DNA from: Anaerolineae bacterium
Lineage (GTDB): Bacteria; Chloroflexota; Anaerolineae; UBA1429
DNA: 64,000 nt
Reading direction: 5' to 3'
Assembly (NCBI GenBank): GCA_040772225.1
Contig: JAXGYO010000002.1
Location: 1,200,448-1,264,447 of the forward strand
Shown: positions 52,028 to 62,945 of the stretch, piece by piece
How the letters are laid out: every line of letters starts with the position of its first letter
Position numbering within the stretch: the first letter of the stretch is position 1
Translations under genes and position numbers: made by a program
The notes under the pieces: model-generated
What the model was told of the DNA's origin: nothing
The model's input: only the letters and a program-made list of their open reading frames with translations
Database searches by the model: none

Positions 52028-53848
52028 CTACACCACGCGTCCCTGGCGCTCGGAAAACCACCGGTAGTCGATATCCGGAAAGGCATTGTCTCGCTGGTAA
52101 TACTCTCTTGCCAATACGGCCGCATCGGCGACCGCGCCCGACTCCAGACGTGACACAAGCCCCTGAAAACGTTCCAGATGCCCGTGAAAACGTCCAATGG
52201 CGTATTCCCGAGCCTGGCCGGTGGTGACAAGAAACGGCCAATCGCTGGCCTGCAGCAACAGTAGCTCCCGCGCAGCCTGGTTGAGCGCCTCCAGCGCATC
52301 ACCGGAGGCTTCTGGATAGCGCGCTACCAGAGTCTCCATCGTACGCTCCGCCTCGTGAATCGGCGCCCACATCCAATGTGTATCCGGGTTGTCCCAGGTC
52401 CAGTGCGTACCACCAGCACCCCAGGAGCCCTCGGGGATCGCCAGAGCCTGGTGCGGCGCATTGGCGTCGAGATACTCACTGGTCGTGGTCAGATCCACCG
52501 CATCACTCTCCGCCAGATGCTCCAGCACCTGGCCGATCCATGTGACGCCCTCAAACCACCAGTGCCCAAAGAGCTCGGTGTCATAGTTGGAGGAGATCAG
52601 CCCATACTGCCCGGTGGTCTGCCGGTAATCTCTAAGCAGTTCCTCCACCAGGGTGGCAAAGTGCAACGAGTGCGATGTCACCTTGCCCGCCGCCCAATCT
52701 GGGTGGTAAAAGTCCTTCTCACCCAGATCTGCATCAGGAGCCGTCACACGCCAGTACTGCAAACCGGAGACGGCATCTTTGCGGTGAAACTCGCGATAGT
52801 CGGCGTCGCCGGGGTAGCCCCACTCTGCAGACCAGACCTGCATGCCGGTGCGCTCGTTTCGCCCAATGACCGCCACCGGCGGCGTCGTCACCGTCCCATC
52901 CGGTTCCGCCACCACGTAGGCCTGGTAGGTGCTCCCGCCGGGGTCGGCGCTCAGCTGGGCGCGCGTGTCCTCTGCGGCTGTAGACACCTCTGCCTGGAAC
53001 CTTTTCTCTGCCAGGGCATAGGGGCCAACGCCGATCGCGCTGCGAGAGCGATAGCCAGGGCGCCCCTTTTCGATAGAGGCACTCTCGACGAAAAAGCAGC
53101 CGATACCCTGGGCAGCCAGAAATGCTTCTATGCCGGGCCTGACAGTCCCATCCGCCTCGGATCTAGCGGGCCGGTAGGCGCATTCTGGGAGCCAGATCGC
53201 TCGAGGCGGGCGGCCAAAGTGCCTGGTGTGACTGGCCACCGCGGTGCGAACCTGTCCATAGATGGACGAGTCGCGCGACAGCAGAGGAAGGTAGCCGTGC
53301 GTCGCAGCGCAGGTGCTGATCTCGATACAGCCCGTGTCCTGAAGCTTGCGAAACGCGCCCACCACATCCTGCCTGTAGCGATCCACGAAACTGCTCTTGA
53401 TCTCTTCGTAAAAGTCGAGGTAGTAGGACGCGAGATAGTGCAGCTGCGGTTGCTCGTCGGGATCCAGCCGGGCCAGATCGCGGCTCGCCATCTCGATCTC
53501 CTCATCCAGATACAGCAGGAAATTCCTGCAGACATCCGAGTCTGCCAACTGCTCCACCAGCACCGGGGACAGACTGAGTGTCATCTTGCCGCGGATACCC
53601 CGCTCATAGAGGTCAGTAAGCACATTCAGGAGGGGGATATAGGTCTCGGCGAGCGCTTCATGAATCCACTCCTCACCATGCGGCCATCGCCCTGCCAGCC
53701 GGCAATAGGGCAGATGACTGTGCAGGACAAACTGAAACGCCCCTGCCGCCTGTGTAGCTCGGGAGCCGGTCTCCGCCTCAAGTGCCGCACTGCTCATAGC
53801 ATCAACCCTCCACGGTAAACCATCTCTGTCCATCTGTATTGCCGCCAT
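52028..53848 (-). CDS. Glycoside hydrolase family 57 protein (1,4-alpha-glucan branching enzyme type)
   Basis: FQFVLHSHLPYC N-terminal GH57 signature; 606 aa. Confidence 0.7.
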   Translation of the reverse strand: MAAIQMDRDGLPWRVDAMSSAALEAETGSRATQAAGAFQFVLHSHLPYCRLAGRWPHGEEWIHEALAETYIPLLNVLTDLYERGIRGKMTLSLSPVLVEQLADSDVCRNFLLYLDEEIEMASRDLARLDPDEQPQLHYLASYYLDFYEEIKSSFVDRYRQDVVGAFRKLQDTGCIEISTCAATHGYLPLLSRDSSIYGQVRTAVASHTRHFGRPPRAIWLPECAYRPARSEADGTVRPGIEAFLAAQGIGCFFVESASIEKGRPGYRSRSAIGVGPYALAEKRFQAEVSTAAEDTRAQLSADPGGSTYQAYVVAEPDGTVTTPPVAVIGRNERTGMQVWSAEWGYPGDADYREFHRKDAVSGLQYWRVTAPDADLGEKDFYHPDWAAGKVTSHSLHFATLVEELLRDYRQTTGQYGLISSNYDTELFGHWWFEGVTWIGQVLEHLAESDAVDLTTTSEYLDANAPHQALAIPEGSWGAGGTHWTWDNPDTHWMWAPIHEAERTMETLVARYPEASGDALEALNQAARELLLLQASDWPFLVTTGQAREYAIGRFHGHLERFQGLVSRLESGAVADAAVLAREYYQRDNAFPDIDYRWFSERQGRVV

Positions 53849-53937
53849 GTCCTGCGCACGTTACCACAGGGCGCGACCTTGCGTCAAGCGGTAACGGCAA
53901 TTGTGCGTCTGGGCTCAAAATATGCCCCCGGCTCTCG

Positions 53938-53966
53938 TTGACGGTGGCTGCCCGCTTTCATAGAAT
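53938..53966 (+). promoter_or_regulatory. Promoter (TTGACG-N17-TAGAAT) only 6 nt upstream of the recD2 ATG, which implies a leaderless mRNA
   Basis: ctcgTTGACGgtggctgcccgctttcaTAGAATgcgtgcATG. Confidence 0.35.
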
Positions 53967-53972
53967 GCGTGC

Positions 53973-56288
53973 ATGGCAGCTAATACATCCCCTCCTCACC
54001 CGCATTCAAGCGCCAGAAGGCCCGTACAGGGCGCCTTTTCACTTGGCTCTGAAGGCGAGCCGGTGGAGGGCGTCTTTAGTATCGTGCGGGTTACCTTCGC
54101 GAACCCCGACACAGGATTTGCCGTTGTTCAGATGCTGCCCGAAGAAGCCAAACAGGGCAGTACGATGACCGCCACGGGCATATTCGGCGCCGTTGAAGAG
54201 GGTACCTGCTACCGAATTGAGGGCACCTGGCACGTCGATCCGCGCTACGGCCCGCAGATTCGGGCCAGCACTGCCATCATCGAAACGCCCACCAGTCCGG
54301 ACGCCATTGAGCGCTACCTGGCCGGAGCCAGCATCAAGGGCCTGGGGCCCCATCATGCGCGACTCATCGTGGAGCATTTCGGCCCCAGGGTGCTCGAGGT
54401 GCTGGACAGCGGCGGGGAGAGCCTGGAAGAGGTGCGGGGGATCGGCCCGGTGCGTGCGGCCAAGATTCGCGCGAGCTGGACAGAGCACCGCAGCATCAAC
54501 CGTCTCATGGTTAACCTGCAAGGCGTTGCTGGACTCACGCCCCGCCAGGCACAGCGGATCTATCGCGAGTTCGGCGATGACGCGTGGCGGGCCGTGTCCG
54601 CCAATCCGTACCTCCTGGCGGAACGGGTATCCGGCTTTGGATTCAAGACCTGCGACCGCATCGCAGGATCCCTCGGCCTGGACGACATGGCGCCCCAACG
54701 CCTGCAGGCAGGTATACTGCACGTGCTCACCCAGGCGCTGGGAGACGGGCACCTCTGGACCGCCCCGGATGAGCTCCTCAGCGCAGCAGCAGAGTTGCTC
54801 GAGGTCGACCGGGACACTCTTGAGCCGCACCTGGGAACCCTGGTATCCGAGCGACGCGCCATTCGCCGGAAGGTGGATCAAGTGGCAGGCTCGGAGGGCG
54901 TCTACCTCCCGGCAGTCGCCGAGACTGAAGAACGCATCGCGTCCAGGCTCTCGTCGTGGCTGCAACAGCGGCCGGCAGAGGCGCTCCACCTGAAAGGCGC
55001 TTCTGCCGGTGACCTGATCGGTCGGCACAGCAGCGCTAATCTCACCGGCGAGCAGCGCGCAGCCGTGGAAGCGCTCCTGACCGGTACGCGCATGGTTGTG
55101 TTGACCGGCGGCCCCGGTACCGGCAAGACGACGACGATGAGGACGCTGATCCTCTGTCTAGAGTCCCTGGGCGTCAGCTATGCGCTCTGTGCGACCACGG
55201 GACGGGCTGCCAAGCAGTTGGCCATCGCTACAGACCGCATGGCGTCAACGGTCCACCGCTATCTGGGTTTGGGGACCATGGGCGAACGGTCTCCAGCGGA
55301 GCCAATCAACGAGACTGTGCTCATCATCGATGAAGCCTCAATGATCGATCTGTGGCTGATGGATCAGATTGTGGCGCGGCTCGGGGCCGGCAACCACCTC
55401 TTTCTGGTAGGAGACATAGATCAGCTGCCGCCCGTCGGACCAGGCGCGGTGTTACACGACCTGATCGGAGCAGCGACCGGGCTGAAATCAACGCAGATGA
55501 CTGTCGTCCGTTTGGGGCAGATCTTTCGACAGGAGGCGGGCGACGTCAGTCTGATCATAGCCAATTGCCATCGCATCCGTCAGGGGCAGCGGCCGACCCG
55601 CCCTTCAGGGCCGGTCTCTGATTACTTTGAGATGCCTCGCGAGTCTCCCTCTGAGGCTCTGGCCTTGGCCGTGGATCTCGCCGCCGACCGGTTGCCCGCA
55701 TTCCTCGGGGTACCCGCCGAGGAGGTTCAGGTCCTATCGCCGGTGCACGGTGGCGACGCCGGGGTGCGCGCACTCAACGCCGCCCTTCAGGCGCGACTGA
55801 ATCCGGCAGCGCCCCACCGCGATGAGTACATTCTGGGGCGGCATACCCCGGGCCAGCCGGTCGTCCTTCGTGTCGGCGACAAAGTGCGCCAAACACGTAA
55901 CGACTATCAAAAGCGCGTCTTTAACGGAGAGCTGGGAATAGTCCTGAGCATCGACAGGGAAGACCAACTGGTACAGGTGCGCTTTGATGACGCCACGGTC
56001 AGCTACGCCTTTGCAGAACTGGATGACCTCGTGCACTCATGGGCGATGACCGTGCACGCGGCGCAGGGCTCACAGTGGCCCGCCGTGGTCATGATCCTGC
56101 TGTCATCTCATTATGTCATGCTGGAACGTAACATTCTCTACACTGCTCTGTCGCGTGCTCAGCGGCTGGCTGTTCTCATCACCCAGGAACGTGCACTCCA
56201 GATTGCGGTAAAACGCACAACGCTCGTGAGCCGGCGTACCGACCTTGTCGCAAGGCTTTGTGCCAGCATAGCCGGTCGAGGCTCGTGA
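53973..56288 (+). CDS. recD2: RecD2-like SF1 ATP-dependent DNA helicase (RecD/TraA family)
   Basis: 771 aa. An N-terminal region with an HhH is followed by the P-loop LTGGPGTGKTT and the RecD-type motifs. Confidence 0.85.
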   Translation: MAANTSPPHPHSSARRPVQGAFSLGSEGEPVEGVFSIVRVTFANPDTGFAVVQMLPEEAKQGSTMTATGIFGAVEEGTCYRIEGTWHVDPRYGPQIRASTAIIETPTSPDAIERYLAGASIKGLGPHHARLIVEHFGPRVLEVLDSGGESLEEVRGIGPVRAAKIRASWTEHRSINRLMVNLQGVAGLTPRQAQRIYREFGDDAWRAVSANPYLLAERVSGFGFKTCDRIAGSLGLDDMAPQRLQAGILHVLTQALGDGHLWTAPDELLSAAAELLEVDRDTLEPHLGTLVSERRAIRRKVDQVAGSEGVYLPAVAETEERIASRLSSWLQQRPAEALHLKGASAGDLIGRHSSANLTGEQRAAVEALLTGTRMVVLTGGPGTGKTTTMRTLILCLESLGVSYALCATTGRAAKQLAIATDRMASTVHRYLGLGTMGERSPAEPINETVLIIDEASMIDLWLMDQIVARLGAGNHLFLVGDIDQLPPVGPGAVLHDLIGAATGLKSTQMTVVRLGQIFRQEAGDVSLIIANCHRIRQGQRPTRPSGPVSDYFEMPRESPSEALALAVDLAADRLPAFLGVPAEEVQVLSPVHGGDAGVRALNAALQARLNPAAPHRDEYILGRHTPGQPVVLRVGDKVRQTRNDYQKRVFNGELGIVLSIDREDQLVQVRFDDATVSYAFAELDDLVHSWAMTVHAAQGSQWPAVVMILLSSHYVMLERNILYTALSRAQRLAVLITQERALQIAVKRTTLVSRRTDLVARLCASIAGRGS

Positions 56289-56454
56289 TCGCGATCGCCG
56301 TGGCCGTTCACACGACAGCAAGACCGGCCAACTCAGAGTCGCGTTGGGAGCGTCCTCAGTCATATGCTTCCCTGTCCGAAGCAGGAATGTTCGGTCAAGA
56401 GATAACCATACCGGATAAAAGTAGTCTCTTTAGGAACCCCGGGAAGAGTGCGGA

Positions 56455-56483
56455 TTTGCCGCACTTTGCGGGCAGCCCTATAA
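56455..56483 (+). promoter_or_regulatory. Putative ppdK promoter (TTGCCG-N17-TATAAT)
   Basis: ggatTTGCCGcactttgcgggcagcccTATAATgag. A GGGAGGG ribosome-binding site precedes the ATG at 56568. Confidence 0.35.
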
Positions 56484-56567
56484 TGAGGCGTCCGTGCTTG
56501 GCGCAGGCGAGGCGCGGGTTTTGTGCTGCTATCTACTGGCGTGCCAGATAATGGGAGGGAGTAATCG

Positions 56568-59261
56568 ATGGTGAAAAAGTGGGTGTATTTGTCCTCAGAG
56601 GGCAACAAGGATATGAGAGACCTGTTGGGCGGCAAGGGCGCGGGTCTGGCCGAGATGACCAACGCGGGACTTCCAGTGCCCCCCAGCTTTACCTGCACAA
56701 CAGAGGCCTGCCTGGCCTACTATGATGCAGGTAAACGATTCCCGGATGGCATGTGGGACCAGGTCAAAGAGGCAATGGCCGTCCTGGAAGAGCAGACGGG
56801 GAAAAAGTTTGGCGATCCGACAAACCCCTTGCTCGTCTCGGTGCGATCGGGTGCTCGCATCTCGATGCCCGGTATGATGGACACCGTGCTGAATGTCGGC
56901 CTGAACCCTGAGACCCTCGAGGGGCTTGCGGCCAAGGCGGATGACTATCGTTTCGCGTACGACTCTTACCGGCGGCTCATCTCGATGTACGGCCGGATCG
57001 TCAAGCGGATCGATGGCGAAAAGTTCGAGCGCGTCCTTGACCGCTACAAGGCTCAGACCGAGGGCGGTCGCGACACCGACTTGACTGTGGACATGCTCAA
57101 GCAGGTGGTCACCGAGTTCAAGGCGGTCTACAAGGCAGAGTTGGGTGAAGAGTTCCCCGATGACGTCTGGGATCAGCTGAGCCAGGCAATCGAGGCCGTG
57201 TTCAATTCCTGGTTTGGCCCCAATGCCACCACCTACCGCCGCATCAACAATCTCTCGGATTCCTGGGGCACCGCGGTCAACATCTGCACGATGGTCTTTG
57301 GCAACATGGGCGACGACTCGGGCAGTGGCGTGGCCTTTACGCGTAATCCCAACACCGGCGAAAACCGTCTGTTCGGCGAGTACCTGCCCAATGCTCAGGG
57401 CGAGGACGTGGTCGCCGGTATCCGCACGCCGATGCCTATCGCAGAGCTAGAGCGTACCAACCCGGACATCTACAAGCAGTTCCTGAATCTGGGCAAGCAA
57501 CTCGAACGCCATTACCGTGAGATGCAGGACCTGGAGCTGACGGTCGAGCAGGGCAAACTGTGGATGCTGCAGACACGCACAGGCAAGCGCACGGCGCTGG
57601 CCTCTGTGAAAATCGCCGTCGACATGGCCAATGAAGGGCTCATCTCAATTCCAGAAGCTCTTGACCGCGTCACCACTGAGCAGGTGGATGCGCTGCTGCA
57701 CCCGATGTTCGACCCGGATGCCAAGGCGCGGGCCAAAGCCGCCGGCGACCAGATCGCTCAAGGGCTGAATGCCTCTCCCGGCGCCGCGACCGGTATCGCC
57801 GTGTTCGATTCGGATCGCGCCATGAAACATGCGGAAGACGGCGAGGCCGTAATCCTCGTGAGGCCCGAGACCTCCCCTGACGATGTGGGCGGTATGCTCA
57901 TGTCCAAGGGCGTGCTCACGCAGCATGGCGGTGCGACATCGCATGCGGCGGTGGTTGCGCGCGGCAACAATATGCCCTGCGTCGTTGGATGCGAGGAGAT
58001 CAGCATCGACCCTGAGAACAGGCGCTTTACCAGGGGTGACCTGGTCGTAAAGGAAGGTGACGTGATCTCCATCGATGGCACCACCGGCGAGGTCTTTGTG
58101 GGACAGGTTCCCACCCTTGAGGCGGATATTGCGTCCAACGAGGAGTTGGCCCAGCTGCTGGCGTGGGCAGACGAGACCCGCACCCTCGGGGTATACACCA
58201 ACGCGGACTATCCGCGCGACGCGCGACGCGCCCGGGCCTTTGGCGCGCAGGGAATCGGGCTGTGCCGCACCGAGCACATGTTCTTTGAGGAGACCCGCCG
58301 CCCCGCTGTGGTGGGCATGATCATGTCCCGCACTGACGAAGAGCGTGCCAGGTATCTTGAGCAACTCTTGCCCTTCCAGCAGGAGGACTTTGAGGGCATC
58401 TTTGAGGCGATGGACGGCCTGCCCGTGATCATCCGCCTGATCGATCCGCCCATGCACGAGTTCCTGCCCAGCCGAGAATCGCTGCTGGAAGAAGTGGTAA
58501 AGCTTCGCATCACAGGCGAGGATCCGGAGACACTGGCTGAGAGAGAACACATGCTCAGCGTCGTGGAGAGCATGTGGGAAGTGAACCCAATGATGGGCTT
58601 GCGCGGCTGCCGCGTGGGCCTGATGATGCCCGGTCTCACCGAGATGCAGGTGCGCGCCATCTTCCAGGCCGCCTGCAGCCAGACAAAAAAGGGTGTCAAG
58701 GTCAAGGTCGAGGTGATGATTCCGCTGGTATCTCATATCAATGAGCTGCGGGCCGAGATCACCAAGCTGCGTGCCGTGGCCAAGCAGGTCATGGAAGAGC
58801 AGGGCGTCACCGTCGAGCACAAGTTCGGCACGATGATCGAGACGCCACGGGCGGCGCTGACCGCAGGGGCCCTTGCCGGGGAGGCTGAGTTCTTTTCCTT
58901 TGGCACCAACGACCTCACCCAGATGACCTTTGGCTTTTCGCGGGATGACTCAGAGGGTAAGTTCCTGTTGGCGTATGTCGATCGCGGGCTGCTCCCTGCT
59001 AACCCGTTCCAGAGCCTGGATCAGGATGGCGTCGGCCAGCTCGTGCGCAAAGCTGTCACCGACGGGCGCGCCACGCGGCCGGAGATCGAGCTCGGTATCT
59101 GTGGCGAGCATGGCGGCGACCCCGCCTCGATCGACTTTTTCCATCGCGTGGGCCTGGCCTATGTCAGCTGCTCGCCTTTCCGTGTCCCTGTGGCGCGGCT
59201 GGCCGCAGCACAGGCTGCCCTGCGGAACGATCACAACATCAGTGCCGAAAAGGATATCTAG
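56568..59261 (+). CDS. ppdK: Pyruvate, phosphate dikinase
   Basis: 897 aa with an ATP-grasp N-terminus, a central phospho-His domain (GGATSHAAVVARG) and a PEP-utilising C-terminus. Confidence 0.95.
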   Translation: MVKKWVYLSSEGNKDMRDLLGGKGAGLAEMTNAGLPVPPSFTCTTEACLAYYDAGKRFPDGMWDQVKEAMAVLEEQTGKKFGDPTNPLLVSVRSGARISMPGMMDTVLNVGLNPETLEGLAAKADDYRFAYDSYRRLISMYGRIVKRIDGEKFERVLDRYKAQTEGGRDTDLTVDMLKQVVTEFKAVYKAELGEEFPDDVWDQLSQAIEAVFNSWFGPNATTYRRINNLSDSWGTAVNICTMVFGNMGDDSGSGVAFTRNPNTGENRLFGEYLPNAQGEDVVAGIRTPMPIAELERTNPDIYKQFLNLGKQLERHYREMQDLELTVEQGKLWMLQTRTGKRTALASVKIAVDMANEGLISIPEALDRVTTEQVDALLHPMFDPDAKARAKAAGDQIAQGLNASPGAATGIAVFDSDRAMKHAEDGEAVILVRPETSPDDVGGMLMSKGVLTQHGGATSHAAVVARGNNMPCVVGCEEISIDPENRRFTRGDLVVKEGDVISIDGTTGEVFVGQVPTLEADIASNEELAQLLAWADETRTLGVYTNADYPRDARRARAFGAQGIGLCRTEHMFFEETRRPAVVGMIMSRTDEERARYLEQLLPFQQEDFEGIFEAMDGLPVIIRLIDPPMHEFLPSRESLLEEVVKLRITGEDPETLAEREHMLSVVESMWEVNPMMGLRGCRVGLMMPGLTEMQVRAIFQAACSQTKKGVKVKVEVMIPLVSHINELRAEITKLRAVAKQVMEEQGVTVEHKFGTMIETPRAALTAGALAGEAEFFSFGTNDLTQMTFGFSRDDSEGKFLLAYVDRGLLPANPFQSLDQDGVGQLVRKAVTDGRATRPEIELGICGEHGGDPASIDFFHRVGLAYVSCSPFRVPVARLAAAQAALRNDHNISAEKDI

Positions 59262-59280
59262 CCACATCGCTGCTATCTAA

Positions 59281-59309
59281 AGGAGGCCGGGCTGATCGCC
59301 CGGCCTCCT
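59281..59309 (+). terminator. Rho-independent-like terminator hairpin after ppdK
   Basis: AGGAGGCCGGGC-tgatc-GCCCGGCCTCCT, a perfect 12-bp stem, followed by a weak U-tract. Confidence 0.5.
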
Positions 59310-59355
59310 CGCTTTCCCCTCCCGGTCACCTGCCCTGCTACACGATCCATGCGCC

Positions 59356-59383
59356 TTGAGGGCGGCGCGATGCCGTGTATAAT
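59356..59383 (+). promoter_or_regulatory. dnaG-rpoD operon promoter (TTGAGG-N16-TGtTATAAT, extended -10), with a leader of about 275 nt
   Basis: ccTTGAGGgcggcgcgatgccgTGTATAATgg. Confidence 0.4.
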
Positions 59384-59665
59384 GGGGTCGCAGAGTGAGA
59401 GTGGCGCTCAAGCTTACTCGTGCTGGCAGCCCAGCCATTGGCCCGGCCCCGGTTACGCCGCGGCAAACACAGCTCTCTGCTCGTCCGGTTGCGAGCATCT
59501 GGATAGCCTCCGAGGCTCTTGTCACCTGTGTGGGTCTGGCCGGTGATTGCCCAGGAGCGCACGCTTCAAGCGCAAGAGCCCGCCAGACCTGGCCTCCTTC
59601 ACCGATAGGTCGTCTTGCGCTCTCCACAGCGGCGAATACGATCGCCGGCGCAGACTGAGGAGTGA

Positions 59666-61606
59666 GTGATGTCCGTCGTCGATGAGATCAAACAGAGGCT
59701 CGATGTCGTCGAGGTGATCGGCTCCTATGTAGCCCTGAAAAAGACGGGATCTACGTACAAGGGCCTCTGCCCGTTTCATACCGAGAAGACACCCTCCTTT
59801 GTGGTCTTTCCTGACTCGCAGTCATGGCACTGCTTTGGCGCGTGTTCCACCGGTGGCGATATTTTCACGTTCATCATGCGCCACGAGAACCTCGACTTTG
59901 GCGAAGCGCTCAAGCTACTCGCTCAACGCGCGGGCATCGAGTTGGAGCCCCTTTCCACCGGCGCCAGAGAGCATGCCGAGCAACTGGACAGATTGCGTCA
60001 GGTGAACGCGCTGGCTGCGAGCTATTACCAGCAAGTTCTGCTCGAGTCGCCGGAAGCCGCCCCCGCGCGCGACTATCTCGAGAGGCGCGAGGTCTCAGCG
60101 GCCTCGCTGAGCGCATTCCAGCTCGGATATGCTCTCAACGACTGGCATCGTGTTGAACACTATCTCCGGTCTCAGGGGGTCTCACAACAGGAGGCGATAG
60201 ACGCAGGCCTATTGGCCACGAGCGATTCGGGCAATGTCTATGACCGTTTTCGCGGGCGCATCATGTTCCCCATCCGGGATGTGCAAGGGCATGTGATCGG
60301 CTTTGGCGGGCGCGTACTGGATGACTCGCAACCCAAGTACCTGAACTCGCCCCAGACCCCGCTCTTTGACAAGGGCAGTGTTCTCTATGGCATCGACCGC
60401 GCACGGGCAAGCATACGCGAGACAGGCACGGCCATCATCGTCGAAGGCTACATGGATGTGATCATCCCTCACCAGTGCGGAGCGACTAACCTTGTCGCTT
60501 GCATGGGGACGGCGCTGTCCGAAGCACACATCGACATCCTCAAGCGCCTGTGCAAGACACTGATTCTAGCACTGGACCCCGATGAAGCCGGGCTCAGAGC
60601 AGCGGAACGGGGGGCCCTGGCCGCAACAGAGAACCTGCCCAGAGACATCGTGCCTGTACCAGACGCCCGCGGCCTCATCCGATATGAGGAGCGCCTGGGC
60701 GCCGAGGTGCGCGTGCTGTTGTTGCCGGGAGATATGGACCCCGACGAGTTGATCTTGAGCGATCGAAGGCTGTGGGACAAACTCGTCGAAGATGCCCTTC
60801 CGGTCCCAGAGTTCTATCTGGAACGTGCCAGGAAAGAGATTGACGTCAGTACCGCGAGAGGCAAGCAGGAAGCCGCGGAACGCATGCTCAGCGTGATCGC
60901 GGCTCTGGACAGCCCGGTGCAGCGTGCCCACTATGTACAGCGTCTCGCACAGTGGATTCGTGTCGACGAGCGCGAACTGACACCGCAGCTCGACCGCATC
61001 CGGCGCCAGACGGGGGCATCTGGCTCCCGCATGCGCGGCCCCACGCGCCGGCCAGCGATTCTCAGTGCAGGCATCGGCCAGACTGGCATGGAAAGCCTCA
61101 TCAATCTCAGCCCCGAGGAGCACTCGCTCGCCCTGATGATCAGAGACCCGCAAGGCGCCGCTATGCTGATCAAGGAGACCGGGTTAACCGAGCAGACCTT
61201 TGAGGACCCGCGGCATCGCGAGGTATTTCGTCAGTTGTTGCCGTATATGCAGGATTCTGGCCAGCAATACACATTGGCCGCCCTGCTGGCTTCACTTGAC
61301 ACAGAATCCGCGGCTCAGGTAGAATCGCTCAGCCAGCGACTGGGCGAAGGGCCGCCTCTGACGGAGGAGATGGTTCTCGAGGACCTGATCAAGGGCTGCA
61401 CACGCCTTCGCAGGCAAGAGATCTCTCGTCGCATCGAAGAACTGCGGTTTGTGCAGCAAGAAGCGCGCGACGCCCAGGATGCCGATACCGTCCGCGATCT
61501 GGACGCTCGCATAGCCGAGCTTAACGTAGAGCAACGGAGGATTGAGCGCCGCTTTCAGGCTGCCACCTATACCGGCAAGCGCCACGCGCAGTCGAATGGA
61601 CAGTGA
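59666..61606 (+). CDS. dnaG: DNA primase
   Basis: Zinc ribbon [11 protein letters not shown]...CFGC, then TOPRIM (EGYMD); 646 aa. Confidence 0.95.
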   Translation: MMSVVDEIKQRLDVVEVIGSYVALKKTGSTYKGLCPFHTEKTPSFVVFPDSQSWHCFGACSTGGDIFTFIMRHENLDFGEALKLLAQRAGIELEPLSTGAREHAEQLDRLRQVNALAASYYQQVLLESPEAAPARDYLERREVSAASLSAFQLGYALNDWHRVEHYLRSQGVSQQEAIDAGLLATSDSGNVYDRFRGRIMFPIRDVQGHVIGFGGRVLDDSQPKYLNSPQTPLFDKGSVLYGIDRARASIRETGTAIIVEGYMDVIIPHQCGATNLVACMGTALSEAHIDILKRLCKTLILALDPDEAGLRAAERGALAATENLPRDIVPVPDARGLIRYEERLGAEVRVLLLPGDMDPDELILSDRRLWDKLVEDALPVPEFYLERARKEIDVSTARGKQEAAERMLSVIAALDSPVQRAHYVQRLAQWIRVDERELTPQLDRIRRQTGASGSRMRGPTRRPAILSAGIGQTGMESLINLSPEEHSLALMIRDPQGAAMLIKETGLTEQTFEDPRHREVFRQLLPYMQDSGQQYTLAALLASLDTESAAQVESLSQRLGEGPPLTEEMVLEDLIKGCTRLRRQEISRRIEELRFVQQEARDAQDADTVRDLDARIAELNVEQRRIERRFQAATYTGKRHAQSNGQ

Positions 61607-62868
61607 TGAGCACCGAATCCTCTCGTAATCGAGCGCTAGACGAACTGCTCGCCCGCGCAATGCGGGATGAGATTGTCACCAAACAGGATCTGGTGGCAGC
61701 CTTGCCCTCTGGCGCCAACGTTCAGCGGGATGTTGACGAACTCAGCAACGCGCTGGCTGAGATCGGGGTGCTCGTTATTGATCCAGACGACGATCTGCTG
61801 AATGCCACCGAGGAAGAGCTCGCTCCCGTACCGGAAACGGCCGCGGTTTTGCCCCGCAGGCGTACCGAGCCACTGGCAGACTCTGTTCAGATGTACCTCA
61901 GAGAGATCGGCCGTGTACCCTTGCTGGACGGCGATGATGAGGTGCGCCTCGCGAAGGCAATCCAGGCTGGCATGGAAGCAGCGGAACGACTCGAGTCCGA
62001 GGGAGACAGCCTCGAACCCCAAGAACAGTTCGCGCTCAACCTCAAGGTGCAGCGCGGCGAACTGGCGCGCCGGCACATGATCGAAGCGAATCTGCGGTTG
62101 GTGGTCAGTGTTGCCAAAGGCTTCTCCGGGCGATCGATGTCTTTTCTGGACCTCATCCAGGAAGGCAACCTTGGCTTGCTGCGAGCGGTAGAAAAGTTTG
62201 ACCATAAAAGGGGCTTTAAATTCAGCACCTATGCGACCTGGTGGATACGCCAGGCCATCAACCGCGCCATTGCCGACCAGGGACGCACCATCCGCATTCC
62301 CGTGCACATGATCGAGTCGATCAACCGGCTGACACGCACCAGGCGCCAGCTACAGCAACGGTTGGGGCATGACCCTACCCCGGAAGAGGTCGCTATCGAA
62401 CTCGATTACATCTCCGAGTCCGATCAGCGCATCATCGAGGAGGCGCAAGCCAAAGGCAACCCGCTGCCTCCCGATGTTCGCATCCGGCTCAAGCGCGCAG
62501 CCCAAAAGGTACAGCAGGTCATGTCCGTCTCGCAGGAGCCCATGTCCCTCGAGACGCCGATGGGCAACGAAGACAACAGCGTCCTGGTCGACTTTATCGC
62601 GGACGACTCCATCGCCAGCCCAATAGAGGAGACCAACCGCGAGCTACTGAGGGAGCAGATGCAGGATGTGCTCACCAGCCTTGGCGAACGCGAGCGCGAG
62701 GTGCTTGCGCTGCGCTTTGGCCTCGAGGATGGAGAGACCCACACCCTGGAGGAAGTCGGCGCCAGATTTGGCGTTACGCGGGAGCGCGTGCGGCAGATTG
62801 AGGCCAAAGCCCTCCGGAAGTTACGCCACCCGTCCTTCAGTCGTCGGCTGAGGGACTATTTATCCTAG
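61603..62868 (+). CDS. rpoD: Primary RNA polymerase sigma factor (sigma-70/SigA). Its ATG overlaps the dnaG stop (ATGA).
   Basis: Region 2 ([28 protein letters not shown]), and regions 3 and 4 ([29 protein letters not shown]). Confidence 0.95.
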   Translation: MMSTESSRNRALDELLARAMRDEIVTKQDLVAALPSGANVQRDVDELSNALAEIGVLVIDPDDDLLNATEEELAPVPETAAVLPRRRTEPLADSVQMYLREIGRVPLLDGDDEVRLAKAIQAGMEAAERLESEGDSLEPQEQFALNLKVQRGELARRHMIEANLRLVVSVAKGFSGRSMSFLDLIQEGNLGLLRAVEKFDHKRGFKFSTYATWWIRQAINRAIADQGRTIRIPVHMIESINRLTRTRRQLQQRLGHDPTPEEVAIELDYISESDQRIIEEAQAKGNPLPPDVRIRLKRAAQKVQQVMSVSQEPMSLETPMGNEDNSVLVDFIADDSIASPIEETNRELLREQMQDVLTSLGEREREVLALRFGLEDGETHTLEEVGARFGVTRERVRQIEAKALRKLRHPSFSRRLRDYLS

Positions 62869-62899
62869 AGCAGAGCACAGGCAAATCCAACCGAAAGAT

Positions 62900-62928
62900 T
62901 TGACGCACCCCCCTTTCTGATGTAGACT
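62900..62928 (+). promoter_or_regulatory. Putative promoter (TTGACG-N17-TAGACT) for tRNA-Asn
   Basis: The motif ends 17 nt before the mature tRNA 5' end. Confidence 0.3.
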
Positions 62929-62945
62929 CGCGCCATCGCGATTGA

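Noticed and set aside
56440-56470. GTGCGG-atttg-CCGCAC inverted repeat downstream of recD2
   Set aside because: It has a short stem and no U-tract, and it overlaps the ppdK -35. It is probably not a terminator.
57645-58820. A 391-aa minus-strand ORF, and similar antisense frames at 9385..10074, 26006..26653, 35122..36066, 48000..48853 and 52355..53818
   Set aside because: All of these lie opposite strongly supported conserved genes and have biased composition. They are artefacts of high GC.
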